Assembly: GCA_964482725.1 (NCBI GenBank)
Contig: CAYZYT010000001.1
Coordinates: 186,061 to 250,060 of the forward strand
Origin: an uncultured bacterium
GTDB taxonomy: Bacteria > Omnitrophota > Omnitrophia > Omnitrophales > Aquincolibacteriaceae
Direction: 5' to 3'
Length of the DNA stretch: 64,000 bases
The position numbers and the translations under genes were made by a program. Positions 38,084 to 48,804 of the stretch are shown here, piece by piece. The notes beneath the pieces are model-generated. The model was not told where the DNA came from. It saw only the letters and a list, made by a program, of their open reading frames with translations, and ran no database searches. Within the stretch, counting starts at the first letter, position 1, and every line of letters begins with the position of its first letter.

Positions 38084-38193
38084 TGTGTGATCCTCCTTTT
38101 TTATATTGGAACTCTCGCTCTACGAATTCGTCTGACATTTTTGTATTTTTTGAAGCCATAAAACCCTTCGCATCCATGAACACCTGTAGATGA

Positions 38194-38210
38194 TGCAAAA
38201 GACGTGCCAA
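38194..38210 (-). promoter_or_regulatory. sigma54 -24/-12 promoter of amtB-glnK-porin
   Basis: TTGGCACGTCTTTTGCA matches TGGCAC-N5-TTGC. Confidence 0.88.
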
Positions 38211-38594
38211 CTTTGGGAGATAGGACAAAAGAGGTGCAGATATTTTTTTTGGGGGGGGGGGGATTTTCATGAGAGATCAGAATGATCCCGATGCAACAAA
38301 CGCATGAAGCAGACTCGCCACGCAGCGTGGCGGGTTCGTCCTCACCCAAACTTCGGGTGAGGCGAAAAAGGCGAGCCCCTCAGGGGATGAGGAAGCCCGC
38401 CTGCCTTGCCCTATTCGCGATTAATCAGAAGAAAATAGAGGACCATAGGACTATCCTTGTCTCCAATTTCATTTCTTGAATGGTGACAAGGATTGCCCCA
38501 ATCTCAGCACCGCTTCGACTGATTGGTATTGGGACTAACCCGGCTTTTCATCAAAAATCTGATGAAAAGCCAGGGATTGCCCTATTTGAAAAAC

Positions 38595-40709
38595 TTACAG
38601 TTTGAAAAGCATTTCGGCATAGGTGGGGACCGGCCAAAGGTTTGCCGGCATCAATCCTTCCACAGCATCAATATCCTTGCGCAGATCACTGGCCGCAACC
38701 ACCACTTTGTCGCGGAAGGCTTCAGCGCGTTTGATCAGATCCTTCGCCGCATGCGCTTTTTCGATCGCGTTCTCGAGCACCGTCAGCTTCTCATCGGCTG
38801 ATTCCAAAAGGTCGCTGACTTTCCCCAGCAATTCCTTCTGAACTTTAGAAGAAACAGCGACCGATTTGAGTTTTGAAACCGTCTTCGCAAGATCCTTCGT
38901 GAACTCGATGACGGCGGGAATGTACTGACGCTTCACCATGTGGACCGCGGCCCGGGCTTCAATGTTGACGTGTTTCACATAAGCCTCGAGATAGATCTCA
39001 TAGCGTGAGTGCAACTCCCCGGCCGAAAGCACTTTATACTTTTCAAAAAGCTTCACGGCTTCCGGCGTTGCCATTGAGGCGAGCGCTTCGACGCCTGTTT
39101 TAACGTTCGGCAAGCCGCGTTTCTTGGCTTCCGCGACCCACTCCTCCGAATAGTTATTCCCGTTAAAAATAATCCGCCCATGCTTTTTCATGGCATCCCG
39201 GATGATCGCGGTCGCTTCCTTGTGGAGGCCGCTTTTTCCGGCCTTTTCAAGACGCGTCGCGATCTCATCCAGCGCTTCCGCCGCGATCACATTGATCACA
39301 ATGTTGGGACCGGAAATCGAGGCTGAAGACCCGACCATGCGGAATTCAAACTTGTTGCCTGTAAACGCGAAGGGCGATGTGCGATTCCGGTCCGTATTAT
39401 CCTTCGGGAGTTGAGGCAAAGAATCAACACCGACCTGGACAAAATGCTGTCCGCGATTTTCGACCTTCTTGCCTTTGGCGATCCCTTCTAGGATCTCCGT
39501 AAATTCATCCCCCATAAAAATAGAGATAATGGCCGGAGGAGCTTCGTTGGCGCCGAGCCGAAGATCGTTCCCGGGATTCCCGCAGCTTGCGCGCAATTTT
39601 TCCGCGTGACGGTCCACCGCCATAATCATCGCGCTCACAAAGATCAGGAACTGTTCATTCTCAGCCGGCGTTCTCCCCGGCTCAAGCAGGTTCTGCCCGT
39701 CATCGGTCGAAAGCGACCAGTTGTTGTGCTTGCCGGAACCGTTCACACCCGCAAACGGTTTCTCATGAAGGAGACACACAAGATCATGGCGAAGAGCCAC
39801 TTTCTGCATGGTTTCCATGACCAGCTGGTTGTGATCCGCAGCAATGTTGGTCGTCGAAAAAATCGGCGCCATCTCGTATTGCGCGGGCGCGACCTCATTG
39901 TGTTTCGTTTTGGAGGAAATGCCCATCTTCCACAATTCGATATCAAGGTCCCTCATAAAATCGGCAATACGGTCCTTGATCGCACCGAAATACTGGTCTT
40001 CTAGCTCCTGCCCCTTCGGAGCCGGCGCGCCAAAAAGAGCTCGCCCGGAGACGATCAGGTCGAGACGTTTTTCATAGCATGTTTTATCGATCAAAAAATA
40101 TTCCTGCTCGGGACCGACTGTCGAGGTCACACGCTTGACGGTTTTATTACCCAGAGCCTTCACAACCCGAACCGCCTGTTTTGAGACCGCTTCCATGGAA
40201 CGAAGAAGTGGGGTTTTCTTATCCAGGGCTTCACTCGTGTAGGAACAGAAGGCCGTCGGGATACAAAGCGTCACGTTACTCGACGCATCGGTCTTAAGAA
40301 ACGCCGGCGAGGTGCAATCCCAGGCGGTATAGCCTCGCGCTTCGAACGTAGACCTCAGCCCGCCGCTCGGAAAGGACGAAGCATCCGGTTCTCCCTGTGT
40401 CAGCTGCTTGCCGGAAAACTCCATGATCACACTGCCGTCTTCGGTCGGCGCAATAAAGGAATCATGCTTTTCCGCGGTCCGTCCGGTCAAAGGCTGGAAC
40501 CAGTGCGTATAATGCGTTGCGCCCTTCTCGATCGCCCAGTCTTTCATCGCGCTGGCAACGACGTTGGCGACCTCCAGAGAAAGAGGCAACCCCTCCTGGA
40601 TCGTCTTTCTCAAAGCCTTGTAGGTATCTCTCGGGAGCCTTTCCTTCATCACCCGGTCGTTAAAAACATTACTTCCGAAAATTTCCGTTACATCGATCTG
40701 CTTGTGCAT
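38595..40709 (-). CDS. glnA: Glutamine synthetase type III
   Basis: [37 protein letters not shown] and [18 protein letters not shown] motifs; GGAGG RBS. Confidence 0.96.
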   Translation of the reverse strand: MHKQIDVTEIFGSNVFNDRVMKERLPRDTYKALRKTIQEGLPLSLEVANVVASAMKDWAIEKGATHYTHWFQPLTGRTAEKHDSFIAPTEDGSVIMEFSGKQLTQGEPDASSFPSGGLRSTFEARGYTAWDCTSPAFLKTDASSNVTLCIPTAFCSYTSEALDKKTPLLRSMEAVSKQAVRVVKALGNKTVKRVTSTVGPEQEYFLIDKTCYEKRLDLIVSGRALFGAPAPKGQELEDQYFGAIKDRIADFMRDLDIELWKMGISSKTKHNEVAPAQYEMAPIFSTTNIAADHNQLVMETMQKVALRHDLVCLLHEKPFAGVNGSGKHNNWSLSTDDGQNLLEPGRTPAENEQFLIFVSAMIMAVDRHAEKLRASCGNPGNDLRLGANEAPPAIISIFMGDEFTEILEGIAKGKKVENRGQHFVQVGVDSLPQLPKDNTDRNRTSPFAFTGNKFEFRMVGSSASISGPNIVINVIAAEALDEIATRLEKAGKSGLHKEATAIIRDAMKKHGRIIFNGNNYSEEWVAEAKKRGLPNVKTGVEALASMATPEAVKLFEKYKVLSAGELHSRYEIYLEAYVKHVNIEARAAVHMVKRQYIPAVIEFTKDLAKTVSKLKSVAVSSKVQKELLGKVSDLLESADEKLTVLENAIEKAHAAKDLIKRAEAFRDKVVVAASDLRKDIDAVEGLMPANLWPVPTYAEMLFKL

Positions 40710-40742
40710 AGCAACCTCCCCTTTTTTGTGTAATGTATGAAA

Positions 40743-40759
40743 AGCAAGTTCTATGCCAA
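40743..40759 (-). promoter_or_regulatory. sigma54 -24/-12 promoter of GSIII
   Basis: TTGGCATAGAACTTGCT. Confidence 0.85.
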
Positions 40760-40809
40760 CTTCCAAATTAATCACTCAGAGGAATTATAGCCCGAAAGGG
40801 AACGTGGAT

Positions 40810-40854
40810 ATACAAAATTGTATGCGCCTTTTTTTCGAGTATACAAAAATGTAT
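40810..40854. promoter_or_regulatory. Paired palindromic enhancer sites ATACA-N4-TGTAT
   Basis: atacaaaattgtat (40810) and atacaaaaatgtat (40841), 31 bp apart, upstream of the sigma54 promoter. Confidence 0.7.
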
Positions 40855-40862
40855 CTTATCCA

Positions 40863-40905
40863 GGGTCTGATTCTCATTAGTCTGGAATCAAAGGTATCCA
40901 GGACT
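40863..40905. repeat. TAATGAGAATC element, inverted copy
   Basis: Reverse complement AGTCCTGGATACC-N10-GACTAATGAGAATCAGACCC matches the copies at 42666 and 50322. Confidence 0.75.
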
Positions 40906-41010
40906 AGCCCCAAGACTTATCCGCCTCACTAAGATAAAAGGGGGCTTTTCCCGACCCCCTTCGAGGAAAAGAAAATAAAAGTCAGGACCGTCCTGTCGAC
41001 CTTTGCATTT

Positions 41011-42609
41011 TTAACGAAGGCAGGATAGACCGTAGATCTTGACCTTATACCCCAGGATCCGCTCCGTAACCCCAAGGATCTTAGCCGCTTTCCGTTGGCT
41101 CCCGCCTGTTTTTTGGAACGCCGCCTGAATCAACTTCTTTTCGAGTTTCTCAACTGCACCCGAAAGATCCCCGCAAGATTCTTCGCTTTCCTTCTCGCCG
41201 GCAGGAGACTCGCGCTCCTTAAGCTGGATCGTAACCGGATGGCCTTTGGGCCCCGGGATCGGGAAGAGATCGGCTTCAAGCGTATCGGTCTTGCAATGGA
41301 TCACGGCCCTCTCGATCGCGTTCTCGAGCTCACGAATATTGCCGGGCCAGGCATAACCCATGAGATATTTCATGGCTTCATCGGAAACATACTTCACTTT
41401 CTTCCCGTTCTCCAGGGTCGCTTTTTTCAAAAAATGCGCGACAAGAAGCGGAACATCTTCCCGCCTCTCCCGCAAAGAAGGCAAAAGGATCGGCACCACA
41501 TTGAGCCGATAATAGAGGTCTTCCCGGAACTGCTTTTCCTGAATGGCCTTCTCAAGATCGCGATTGGTCGCCGCGATCACCCGCACATCGACGTGGATCG
41601 TCTGGGTCCCCCCCACACGCTCGAACTCCCGCTCTTGGAGCGCGCGCAAGAGCTTGACCTGCATCGACGCCGAAATATCCCCGATCTCATCGAGAAAAAG
41701 CGTTCCGCCGTCCGCCATTTCAAAACGCCCTAATTTCTTTGCCGCCGCACCGGTAAAGGCGCCCTTTTCGTACCCGAAGAGTTCGCTCTCCAGAAGCGTT
41801 TCCGGCAATGCCGCACAGGACACTTTCACGAAAGGGCCTTTGGCGCGATGGCTTCCATAATGGATCGCATGCGCCACCAGCTCTTTTCCTGTTCCTGTTT
41901 CGCCCCGCAAGAGCACGGTCGAACGCGTCCGGCTCACCATGTCGATGGCTTCATAAACTTCTTCCATTCGCTTGCTTTTGCCGATGATGTTGGCGGGATG
42001 GAATTTTTTGGCAAGTTCCCGTTTCAGCTCAACATTCTCGAACTGGAGCTTTGCTTTTTCCTTTTCACGGAGCCGGTAACTGGCAACGGTTTGCGCGAGG
42101 ATGGAACTGATAATGGTCAAAAGCCTCAGATCCTCGTCCAAGGAGACATTCCCCTCGAAAAGGCGGTCCACACTCAGCGCCCCGATGGTTTCCTGATCGA
42201 TCTTGATGGGAACACAAATGAAAGCGATCCGGTTACGACGAAAATCCTTCCGCGCACCGGTTCGATTAAGAAAAAGCGGCTCTTCTCCGATATTCGGAAC
42301 GGCGATCGGCTCTCCCGCCTCTACGACCTTCCCGGTAATCCCTTCCCCGACCTTATAGCGGCCTTTCTTTTTAGCCTGATCGTCCAGGCCATGGGCGATC
42401 TCGATCGTAAGACTTTCCCCGTCAGCGTCGAGAAGCGTCAGCGTTCCCCGGTGCATCCCCATTTTCTCCTGGAGAACATCCAGCGCCTTCCTCATACGTT
42501 CCTCGATCGGGAGCGGAGATGTCATGTGCCGGGTGATCTCATAGAGCACACTCAGCTCCTGGATCTCACGCTGAAGTCCTACGGAAGGTTTCATTTTTTC
42601 GGTGCCCAT
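41011..42609 (-). CDS. NifA-like sigma54 activator (GAF-AAA+-HTH)
   Basis: GAF domain ([11 protein letters not shown]), [30 protein letters not shown] and C-terminal HTH. Confidence 0.92.
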   Translation of the reverse strand: MGTEKMKPSVGLQREIQELSVLYEITRHMTSPLPIEERMRKALDVLQEKMGMHRGTLTLLDADGESLTIEIAHGLDDQAKKKGRYKVGEGITGKVVEAGEPIAVPNIGEEPLFLNRTGARKDFRRNRIAFICVPIKIDQETIGALSVDRLFEGNVSLDEDLRLLTIISSILAQTVASYRLREKEKAKLQFENVELKRELAKKFHPANIIGKSKRMEEVYEAIDMVSRTRSTVLLRGETGTGKELVAHAIHYGSHRAKGPFVKVSCAALPETLLESELFGYEKGAFTGAAAKKLGRFEMADGGTLFLDEIGDISASMQVKLLRALQEREFERVGGTQTIHVDVRVIAATNRDLEKAIQEKQFREDLYYRLNVVPILLPSLRERREDVPLLVAHFLKKATLENGKKVKYVSDEAMKYLMGYAWPGNIRELENAIERAVIHCKTDTLEADLFPIPGPKGHPVTIQLKERESPAGEKESEESCGDLSGAVEKLEKKLIQAAFQKTGGSQRKAAKILGVTERILGYKVKIYGLSCLR

Positions 42610-42665
42610 AGATTATTTCACGGCCTGACCCGCCCAAATGACAGACTTTAAAGGTTGGCGGGACG

Positions 42666-42708
42666 GGTCCTGATTACCTTTATTTTAAAATTAATGAGAA
42701 TCAGGGCC
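42666..42708. repeat. TAATGAGAATC element overlapping the lpxI stop
   Basis: ggtcctgattacc-N10-aattaatgagaatcagggcc. Confidence 0.8.
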
Positions 42709-43516
42709 TGTCACTAACGCCATAAAGGACAATACCGGCACGATTCGCTTTTTCCACAAAGATGTCCTTACCGATAAAAAGCGTCTTATGCGCCTCGAAA
42801 GCAAAAGCCTCGGCATGCACTGCCATAAGGACCTCCAGCGTCTTCAAACCTACCGCCGGCACATCAAAACGCATGTCCTGGTTCGGCTTGGCTATTTTCA
42901 CCACGATGATCTTACCCCGCCCGAGCGCCCCGCCTCGGCGTATCGCTTCGTCGGTACCTTCAATAGCTTCGACCGCGAGCACCGCTTTATTTTTGACGAC
43001 CACCGTCTGTCCGATGTCTGCGCCGGAGATCTTCTGTGCCATTTCAAAACCGAAATCGATATTGTCCATGATCGACTTGGAGGGCTTCTTCTTGCCGAGC
43101 AGTCCCGGCCCCGGCATCATGTCTTTGAGAAGACAGGTGGAGTCCTGGAGCACGATGCCTTTTTTAAAGAGATAATCGGCAATCCCGCTTAGGAGAGAGT
43201 CGTCTTTATGGTCCTTCAGCGTCACCAAGACCGCCATCATGTCGAGGTCAAGACGCACGTTCTCTTTAAAAAAGCGAACCTTCTCGACCTTCCCGGCCAT
43301 GATCGCTTCGTGAGCACCTTCATCTTTGAGGAATTTCGAAAGCTTTTTGAGCTCGCCAACTTTTACCCAAGAAAAAGCATCCGAAATCTTTTCCAGAGAG
43401 GGTTCGGCTTCTTGTTCGATTGCGCAAGTTACAACCCGGTATCCCGCCCTTTTAGCCTCTTCGGCCACCAGGATGGGAAAACGGCCGTTCCCTGCGATGA
43501 TCCCCATGGTTTTCAT
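42701..43516 (-). CDS. lpxI: UDP-2,3-diacylglucosamine diphosphatase
   Basis: GIIAGNGRFP, DIGQTVVV, AVEAIEGTD and QDMRFDVPAVG motifs. Confidence 0.95.
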   Translation of the reverse strand: MKTMGIIAGNGRFPILVAEEAKRAGYRVVTCAIEQEAEPSLEKISDAFSWVKVGELKKLSKFLKDEGAHEAIMAGKVEKVRFFKENVRLDLDMMAVLVTLKDHKDDSLLSGIADYLFKKGIVLQDSTCLLKDMMPGPGLLGKKKPSKSIMDNIDFGFEMAQKISGADIGQTVVVKNKAVLAVEAIEGTDEAIRRGGALGRGKIIVVKIAKPNQDMRFDVPAVGLKTLEVLMAVHAEAFAFEAHKTLFIGKDIFVEKANRAGIVLYGVSDRP

Positions 43517-43648
43517 GTTTTACCCCGTTCAAGAGAGGGAGCGATGGCGTACATGAGAGGAAACCTACGCTCCAAATTCTCGATTTCTTTTTATTGATGC
43601 CCAGCAGGATGGCTCATCCCGCCAAAGGCAGGATGATAGAGAATAAAA

Positions 43649-44416
43649 CTATCCGCAAATACCCCGCTCGGACTTCTCCAAAAATGAAAGAATCGTCTGA
43701 ATGGAAGGACTGAGGGGGATGTCTTGCTGGATCTGCTTGATAACGTTCTTTAAAATAAGACCCGACTTGAAGATGATCTTGAAGGCTTTTTTGATCGCCG
43801 ATTTTTCTGCTTGGGAAAATCCCGCGCGATCCAAACCCACGGCATTAATGCCGAAGGCATGCGCCGGATGACCGTCGACCATCATAAAAGGAGGGATGTC
43901 TTGCACGACCTTGGAACATCCGCCCGTAATCGACAATTTCCCGATCCGGACGAACTGGTGAACCGCAGAGAGGCCTCCGATGATCGCTTGGTCCTCCACG
44001 ATCACGTGCCCCGCAAGCGTCGCGTTATTGGCAAGCGTTGCACCATTATGGATGATGCAATCGTGAGCGACGTGCGCGTAAGCCATCAGGAGGTTGTCGC
44101 TGCCGATTACGGTCTCGGTACCGTTTAGGGTCCCAGGATTCAAGGTTGCGTATTCACGGATCGTGTTGCGATCGCCGATCTTGAGATAACTCACACCGCC
44201 ATCGGCTTTTTTGTCCTGTGTAAGGCTACCGACCACCGCGCCGGTGAAGATCTCATTATCTTCCCCGAGGGTGGTGTGCCCTTCGATCGTCACACGCGGC
44301 CCGACTTTTGTACGCGCCCCGATCTTTACCGTAGCCGCGATGATGGCCCAAGGACCGATCTCCACCCCTTCACCCAGGATGGCATCCGGATGGACGATCG
44401 CGGAAGGATGGATCAT
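43649..44416 (-). CDS. lpxA: UDP-GlcNAc acyltransferase
   Basis: Hexapeptide repeats, AHVAHDC, LAGHV and HQFVRIG motifs. Confidence 0.97.
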   Translation of the reverse strand: MIHPSAIVHPDAILGEGVEIGPWAIIAATVKIGARTKVGPRVTIEGHTTLGEDNEIFTGAVVGSLTQDKKADGGVSYLKIGDRNTIREYATLNPGTLNGTETVIGSDNLLMAYAHVAHDCIIHNGATLANNATLAGHVIVEDQAIIGGLSAVHQFVRIGKLSITGGCSKVVQDIPPFMMVDGHPAHAFGINAVGLDRAGFSQAEKSAIKKAFKIIFKSGLILKNVIKQIQQDIPLSPSIQTILSFLEKSERGICG

Positions 44417-45696
44417 TCCCGGTCGACCACGGCGAACTTCACATCCGCTTCGCATACAAGTTTTTCCCCCACATAGGCCTTTCCGGAACATTGACCGAAC
44501 TTGGCACGTTTCTTTAGGACCTCAACCTCCATCCGAAGCGTATCCCCCGGAAGAACCGGACTGCGCCATTTGACGGCGTCCACGCTCATGAAATAGGCGA
44601 TCTTGCCCCGGTTCTCGGGCTCGCCCAACATGATCACCCCGCCTACCTGCGCCATCGCTTCCACGATCAGCACCCCCGGCATCACCGGATGCCCGGGGAA
44701 ATGTCCCTGAAAAAAATAATCGTTCATGGTGACCTGTTTGAAACCCGTCGCGCGTGTCCCCGGCTCGAAATTCTCGATCCTATCCACAAAAAGGAATGGG
44801 TATCGGTGCGGAATGATCTTCTGGATCTCTTCGACATTCAGTGTTTTGGAGAGTGGTTTCGGTTCAGCGGGAACGTTCATCATTAATTTCCTCACAAGTT
44901 CGACGTTAAGGGCGTGGCCACTCCGGGAAGCGATGACATGCCCCCGAATAAATTTCCCACACAAAAAAAGATCCCCCAGAATATCCATCATTTTGTGACG
45001 ACAAGCTTCGTTTTCAAACCGCAAAGTGTTCTGGAGCGGCTTGTTCTTCTCAAAAATGAGTGTATTGGAAGCATTCGCTCCCTTGCCAAATCCTTGGGAG
45101 AGCAAGAGCTCCGCCTCCTTTTTAAGGCAAAAGGTGCGAGCCGAAGACAACTCCCGCTCAAAGATTTCCGGCAAGATCGGAAGCGATAGGTACTGGTCCA
45201 GAAGGTTCACATCCCGATAACTGAGCATGTAGGAGATCGAGAAAGAATCCGCCGGCAAGATCACGATCGACTGATCCCCCTGATCGATGTACACAGCCTC
45301 CTTGACCTCAAGGAACTTCCGCTCCGCCATCTGTTCCTCGAGGCCCGCGGCGATCAAGGCCTTCGTGAACTCTTGGGCACTCCCATCCATCCCGGGGACT
45401 TCTTCTCCGTCGATCTCCACCAGAGCGTTATCGATCCCGAGCCCGTGAAAAGAAGCCATAAGATGTTCGATCGTCCGAACGCGCCCCGTCCCCACCGAAA
45501 TCGCGGTTTGGCGCATCTCATCGGAACAGACATTCTCGATCGAGGCCTTCACCTTAAGGTCAGGGGCCAGATCCACGCGGCAAAAAAGTATGCCGGCATT
45601 TTCCGAAGCGGGACGCACACACACCGTGACCTTGCGACCGGTATGGAGCCCCGCACCTTCGAAAACGGCCTGGCTTTTGAGAGTCCTTTGCTTCAT
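44413..45696 (-). CDS. lpxC/fabZ: Fused LpxC/FabZ
   Basis: GLHTG, TIEH, ARTF and HKMMD (LpxC), followed by PHRYPFLFVD and GHFPGHPVMPG (FabZ). Confidence 0.95.
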   Translation of the reverse strand: MKQRTLKSQAVFEGAGLHTGRKVTVCVRPASENAGILFCRVDLAPDLKVKASIENVCSDEMRQTAISVGTGRVRTIEHLMASFHGLGIDNALVEIDGEEVPGMDGSAQEFTKALIAAGLEEQMAERKFLEVKEAVYIDQGDQSIVILPADSFSISYMLSYRDVNLLDQYLSLPILPEIFERELSSARTFCLKKEAELLLSQGFGKGANASNTLIFEKNKPLQNTLRFENEACRHKMMDILGDLFLCGKFIRGHVIASRSGHALNVELVRKLMMNVPAEPKPLSKTLNVEEIQKIIPHRYPFLFVDRIENFEPGTRATGFKQVTMNDYFFQGHFPGHPVMPGVLIVEAMAQVGGVIMLGEPENRGKIAYFMSVDAVKWRSPVLPGDTLRMEVEVLKKRAKFGQCSGKAYVGEKLVCEADVKFAVVDRE

Positions 45697-45708
45697 CGTT
45701 CTCGGGAC

Positions 45709-46221
45709 TTAAGCTTTCTTATATTTCTTCGCGAGCTCCGCAGAGACCTGCGCCGTGACATCAAAAGACTTTTTCTGGGCGAGAAGCACGCGTTTATTGA
45801 AGATCATGTCATAACCGCCTTTGGCCGAAAGGTCCTGGACGATCACATCGATCTCCTGGAAGATCTCACGAACCACCTTATCGCGCTGCTCCGCGAGTTG
45901 CTGACGGACGCCGCGATCAAAATCCTCGAGCTGACGTTTCTTCTCGATCAATTGTTCCTGCTTGGCGGCACGGGCATCCGCCGCGAGAAGGGCCAATTCA
46001 TCTTCCATCGAACGGATCTTGGCCATCATATCATTACGTTCTTTTTCCTTGGCTTCTCCCGCGGTCTTAAGCACCAGGTCCTGATCCTTAGTCTTTTGGT
46101 AATTGTCAAAAACCTCGCCCACATCCACATACGCAACCTTCATCTCAACCGCGAAGGCCGGAAGGCTCATGCCCAACATCATCAATAGGGTTAGAAAACC
46201 CGCTGTCATTTTACGGCTCAT
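45709..46221 (-). CDS. skp: OmpH/Skp chaperone
   Basis: Signal peptide, KVAYVD, coiled coil and DVT motifs; follows bamA. Confidence 0.9.
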   Translation of the reverse strand: MSRKMTAGFLTLLMMLGMSLPAFAVEMKVAYVDVGEVFDNYQKTKDQDLVLKTAGEAKEKERNDMMAKIRSMEDELALLAADARAAKQEQLIEKKRQLEDFDRGVRQQLAEQRDKVVREIFQEIDVIVQDLSAKGGYDMIFNKRVLLAQKKSFDVTAQVSAELAKKYKKA

Positions 46222-46263
46222 GGTAGTTCTCCTTTGTTAGAATGGAACGGTGGTTGAAACTTT

Positions 46264-48804
46264 TTAAAAACTACGGCTCAAACTAAATTCAAAACGTCCG
46301 TTTTTGTTTTTGGTATCCCGGTTCGAAATGGGAAGACCATAATAAAAAGCCAAAGGCCCGATCGGTGTCTTGACCTTGATCCCGGGGCCGACGCTCACGG
46401 CGAATTTCCCGAAATCGATATTGTAAGAATCCTTGCTAACATTACCCGCGTCAATAAAAAACACCCCGCGGAATGCGTCAAGATACGGCAGCGGAAAAGT
46501 GTAGTCCAGGTTCACGATGGCCATGGTCTGACCGCCCACAGCTTCCCCGCCCTCCTGAGGCCCCACGCGACGGTAATTGAAACCACGCACGGTGCCGAGA
46601 CCGCCCGCAAAGAATCGGTCGTAGGCGGGGGTCGTCGAAGTTTTCCCGAAGGATTGCGCGGAAGCCAAACGGGCCTGAAATTCGATCTGATGCTTTTTAT
46701 GGAACGTAAGATATTCCGTGTACCCGGATCTCAGGATATAATACTCCTGGTCGCCTCCAAGGAAACTCCCGATCAGCTCACCGGCAAGATTGATCACGCG
46801 CCCCTTGGTGGGGTTGAACACATTGTCACGATTGTCAAAAGTCGTGAACGCGCGAAGTCTTGAGAGCCAATCCGGTCCTTCAAACTCCGTGACAGAAACA
46901 GGCGCGCTGCTCGAGACGTCCCGAAGTTCCACACGTTCCAACGTATACCCGCCGCCCGCCCGGAGGACATCTTTAAAGAGGCGTGACAACGTCGTGGAAG
47001 CCCCCATTCGCCGCTGACCAAAATCGGTGTTCTTATTGTCTTGGGAAGTGGCAAAGAGATTTGTGCCCCAGGAAATCGGTTTATTGAAAAGGTACGGCTC
47101 CACGAAGCTGACGTCATATTCCTGATTGATCGTTCCCATTTGCCCGCGGATCGAAAGCGACTGCCCGCCGCCCGTGAAACGGGGCCAGTTGAGGATATCG
47201 AAATTCCTCTGGGAGATCTCGGCAAAACCCATGAAGGTATCAATGGAACTGACACCGCCCCCGAAGGAAAGTTCCCCGGTGCGTTTTTCTTTCACTCGGA
47301 AAATGAGGTCCTTGCGGTTCGCCCCGGCGTCCGTGGGTTCGGTATCATACGTGATCTCTTCAAAATAGTTCAGATTCTGGAGACGCTCCTTGGACTTCTC
47401 GATCTTCTTGCCGTCAAAGCGCTCGCCCGGTCGAATGCGTAGTTCGCGACGAATGACCTTGTCACGGGTCTTGGTGTTCCCGCGGATCTGGACCTTCTCG
47501 ACAAAATAGAGGTCCCCTTCTTGGATCTCGTACATGATATCCACTTTACCGCTATCGCGATTCAGTTTTACGTCAGGCACCACGCGAGCTTCAATATAGC
47601 CTTCACTGGCGTAGAACTGACGTATCTTTTCAATATCCTGAGCGACGTAGAATTGAGAATAGGTCAGGCCGGGGAGCATTTCAAGCTGCTGCCAAAGTTC
47701 GGACTCGGGGAAAATCGTGTTCCCTTTGAACTTGATCTCGCCGGTGAGATAGTGTTGCCCCTCATCAATCTTGATCAGGATCTTGATCGTGTTCTGGTCC
47801 TTGTTATAATCGAATTCGGGAAGCACCTTGACGTCCAGATAACCTTCTTTCTGGTAGAAAAAGCTGATCTTCTCAAGGTCTTTCTCAAAGTCACCCTCCT
47901 TGAATGTCCCGAAGAGGAACCACTTCTTTTCTTTCGTCTTCATGAGCCTTTGAAGCTGCTTGACCTTGAAGGCTTGCACCCCTTCAAAAGAGATCTTGGT
48001 GATCTTAAACTTTTTCCCCTCGAAGACCTTGATCGTAATCACAGCCTCTTTGGTCTGAGGATCCACGTTCACCGTCGTCTGAAGATCTACGAACCGGAAG
48101 CCCTTGTCCGCGTAAAGCTTGCGGATCTCTTCTTCGCCCTTTTTGACGGCCTTGCGATCCAGGATCTGCCCTTCGATCACGCCAAGCGTCTTGCGGAGCT
48201 TATCTTCTTTAAAGGAAGTGGCCCCTTCGATCGTAATCTGCTTAACGATCGGCTTCTCCTCCACCTCCACGATCAATTTATACCCTTCAGGGAGTTCTTC
48301 CACCTCGAGCTTCACATCCTCAAAAAATCCAGTCGCATAGAGCCGTTTGATATCCTCGTTAACGGTCTGCTGCTTGAGAGCAAGACCCTGCTTCGTTTGG
48401 ATCTTACTTAAAATAGTATTCGTGCTCACGATGCGATTCCCACGAACATCCATCGCCACGACTGTTTTGGGCGTTGGCTGGGGCTCCGGAGCGGAAGCCG
48501 CGGGTTGGGAATTAGAACTTGAAGCGAGAGCCTCGGGCGCTGCAACCGGAGCCACCTCTTCCTTCGTATCGGAGGGAACTGTCTCAGCCGCCGGTGGGAC
48601 AGCAGGACTTGAAACAGAAGACTCTGTCGCTGGAGCCCCTGCAGAGGGGGCTGTCGCATTTTCATTCGCAGGTGCCGAGGCCGTTGCCGAAGAAGCCCCA
48701 ACAGCCTCAGGCATTGTTTTCTCAGCCGCATCTTCGGCAAGAACCGGAAAAGCATGGAACGCGCAAAAAGATATCCCTAAAAAAAGCACTATCAAACGCT
48801 TCAT
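46264..48804 (-). CDS. bamA: Outer-membrane assembly factor
   Basis: POTRA repeats, GNTKTRDKVIRRE and VRGF motifs, C-terminal Phe. Confidence 0.96.
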   Translation of the reverse strand: MKRLIVLFLGISFCAFHAFPVLAEDAAEKTMPEAVGASSATASAPANENATAPSAGAPATESSVSSPAVPPAAETVPSDTKEEVAPVAAPEALASSSNSQPAASAPEPQPTPKTVVAMDVRGNRIVSTNTILSKIQTKQGLALKQQTVNEDIKRLYATGFFEDVKLEVEELPEGYKLIVEVEEKPIVKQITIEGATSFKEDKLRKTLGVIEGQILDRKAVKKGEEEIRKLYADKGFRFVDLQTTVNVDPQTKEAVITIKVFEGKKFKITKISFEGVQAFKVKQLQRLMKTKEKKWFLFGTFKEGDFEKDLEKISFFYQKEGYLDVKVLPEFDYNKDQNTIKILIKIDEGQHYLTGEIKFKGNTIFPESELWQQLEMLPGLTYSQFYVAQDIEKIRQFYASEGYIEARVVPDVKLNRDSGKVDIMYEIQEGDLYFVEKVQIRGNTKTRDKVIRRELRIRPGERFDGKKIEKSKERLQNLNYFEEITYDTEPTDAGANRKDLIFRVKEKRTGELSFGGGVSSIDTFMGFAEISQRNFDILNWPRFTGGGQSLSIRGQMGTINQEYDVSFVEPYLFNKPISWGTNLFATSQDNKNTDFGQRRMGASTTLSRLFKDVLRAGGGYTLERVELRDVSSSAPVSVTEFEGPDWLSRLRAFTTFDNRDNVFNPTKGRVINLAGELIGSFLGGDQEYYILRSGYTEYLTFHKKHQIEFQARLASAQSFGKTSTTPAYDRFFAGGLGTVRGFNYRRVGPQEGGEAVGGQTMAIVNLDYTFPLPYLDAFRGVFFIDAGNVSKDSYNIDFGKFAVSVGPGIKVKTPIGPLAFYYGLPISNRDTKNKNGRFEFSLSRSF

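Noticed and set aside
41011-42609. Evidence of nitrogen fixation (nifA)
   Set aside because: No nif structural genes are in the window, and the local targets are assimilation genes.
42691-42703. Fur box (TAATGAGAATC)
   Set aside because: Only a half-site, located at gene 3' ends within a longer conserved element. Treated as a repeat instead.
44413-45696. LpxC-FabZ fusion as a novelty
   Set aside because: This fusion is already known from several phyla, e.g. Bacteroidota.
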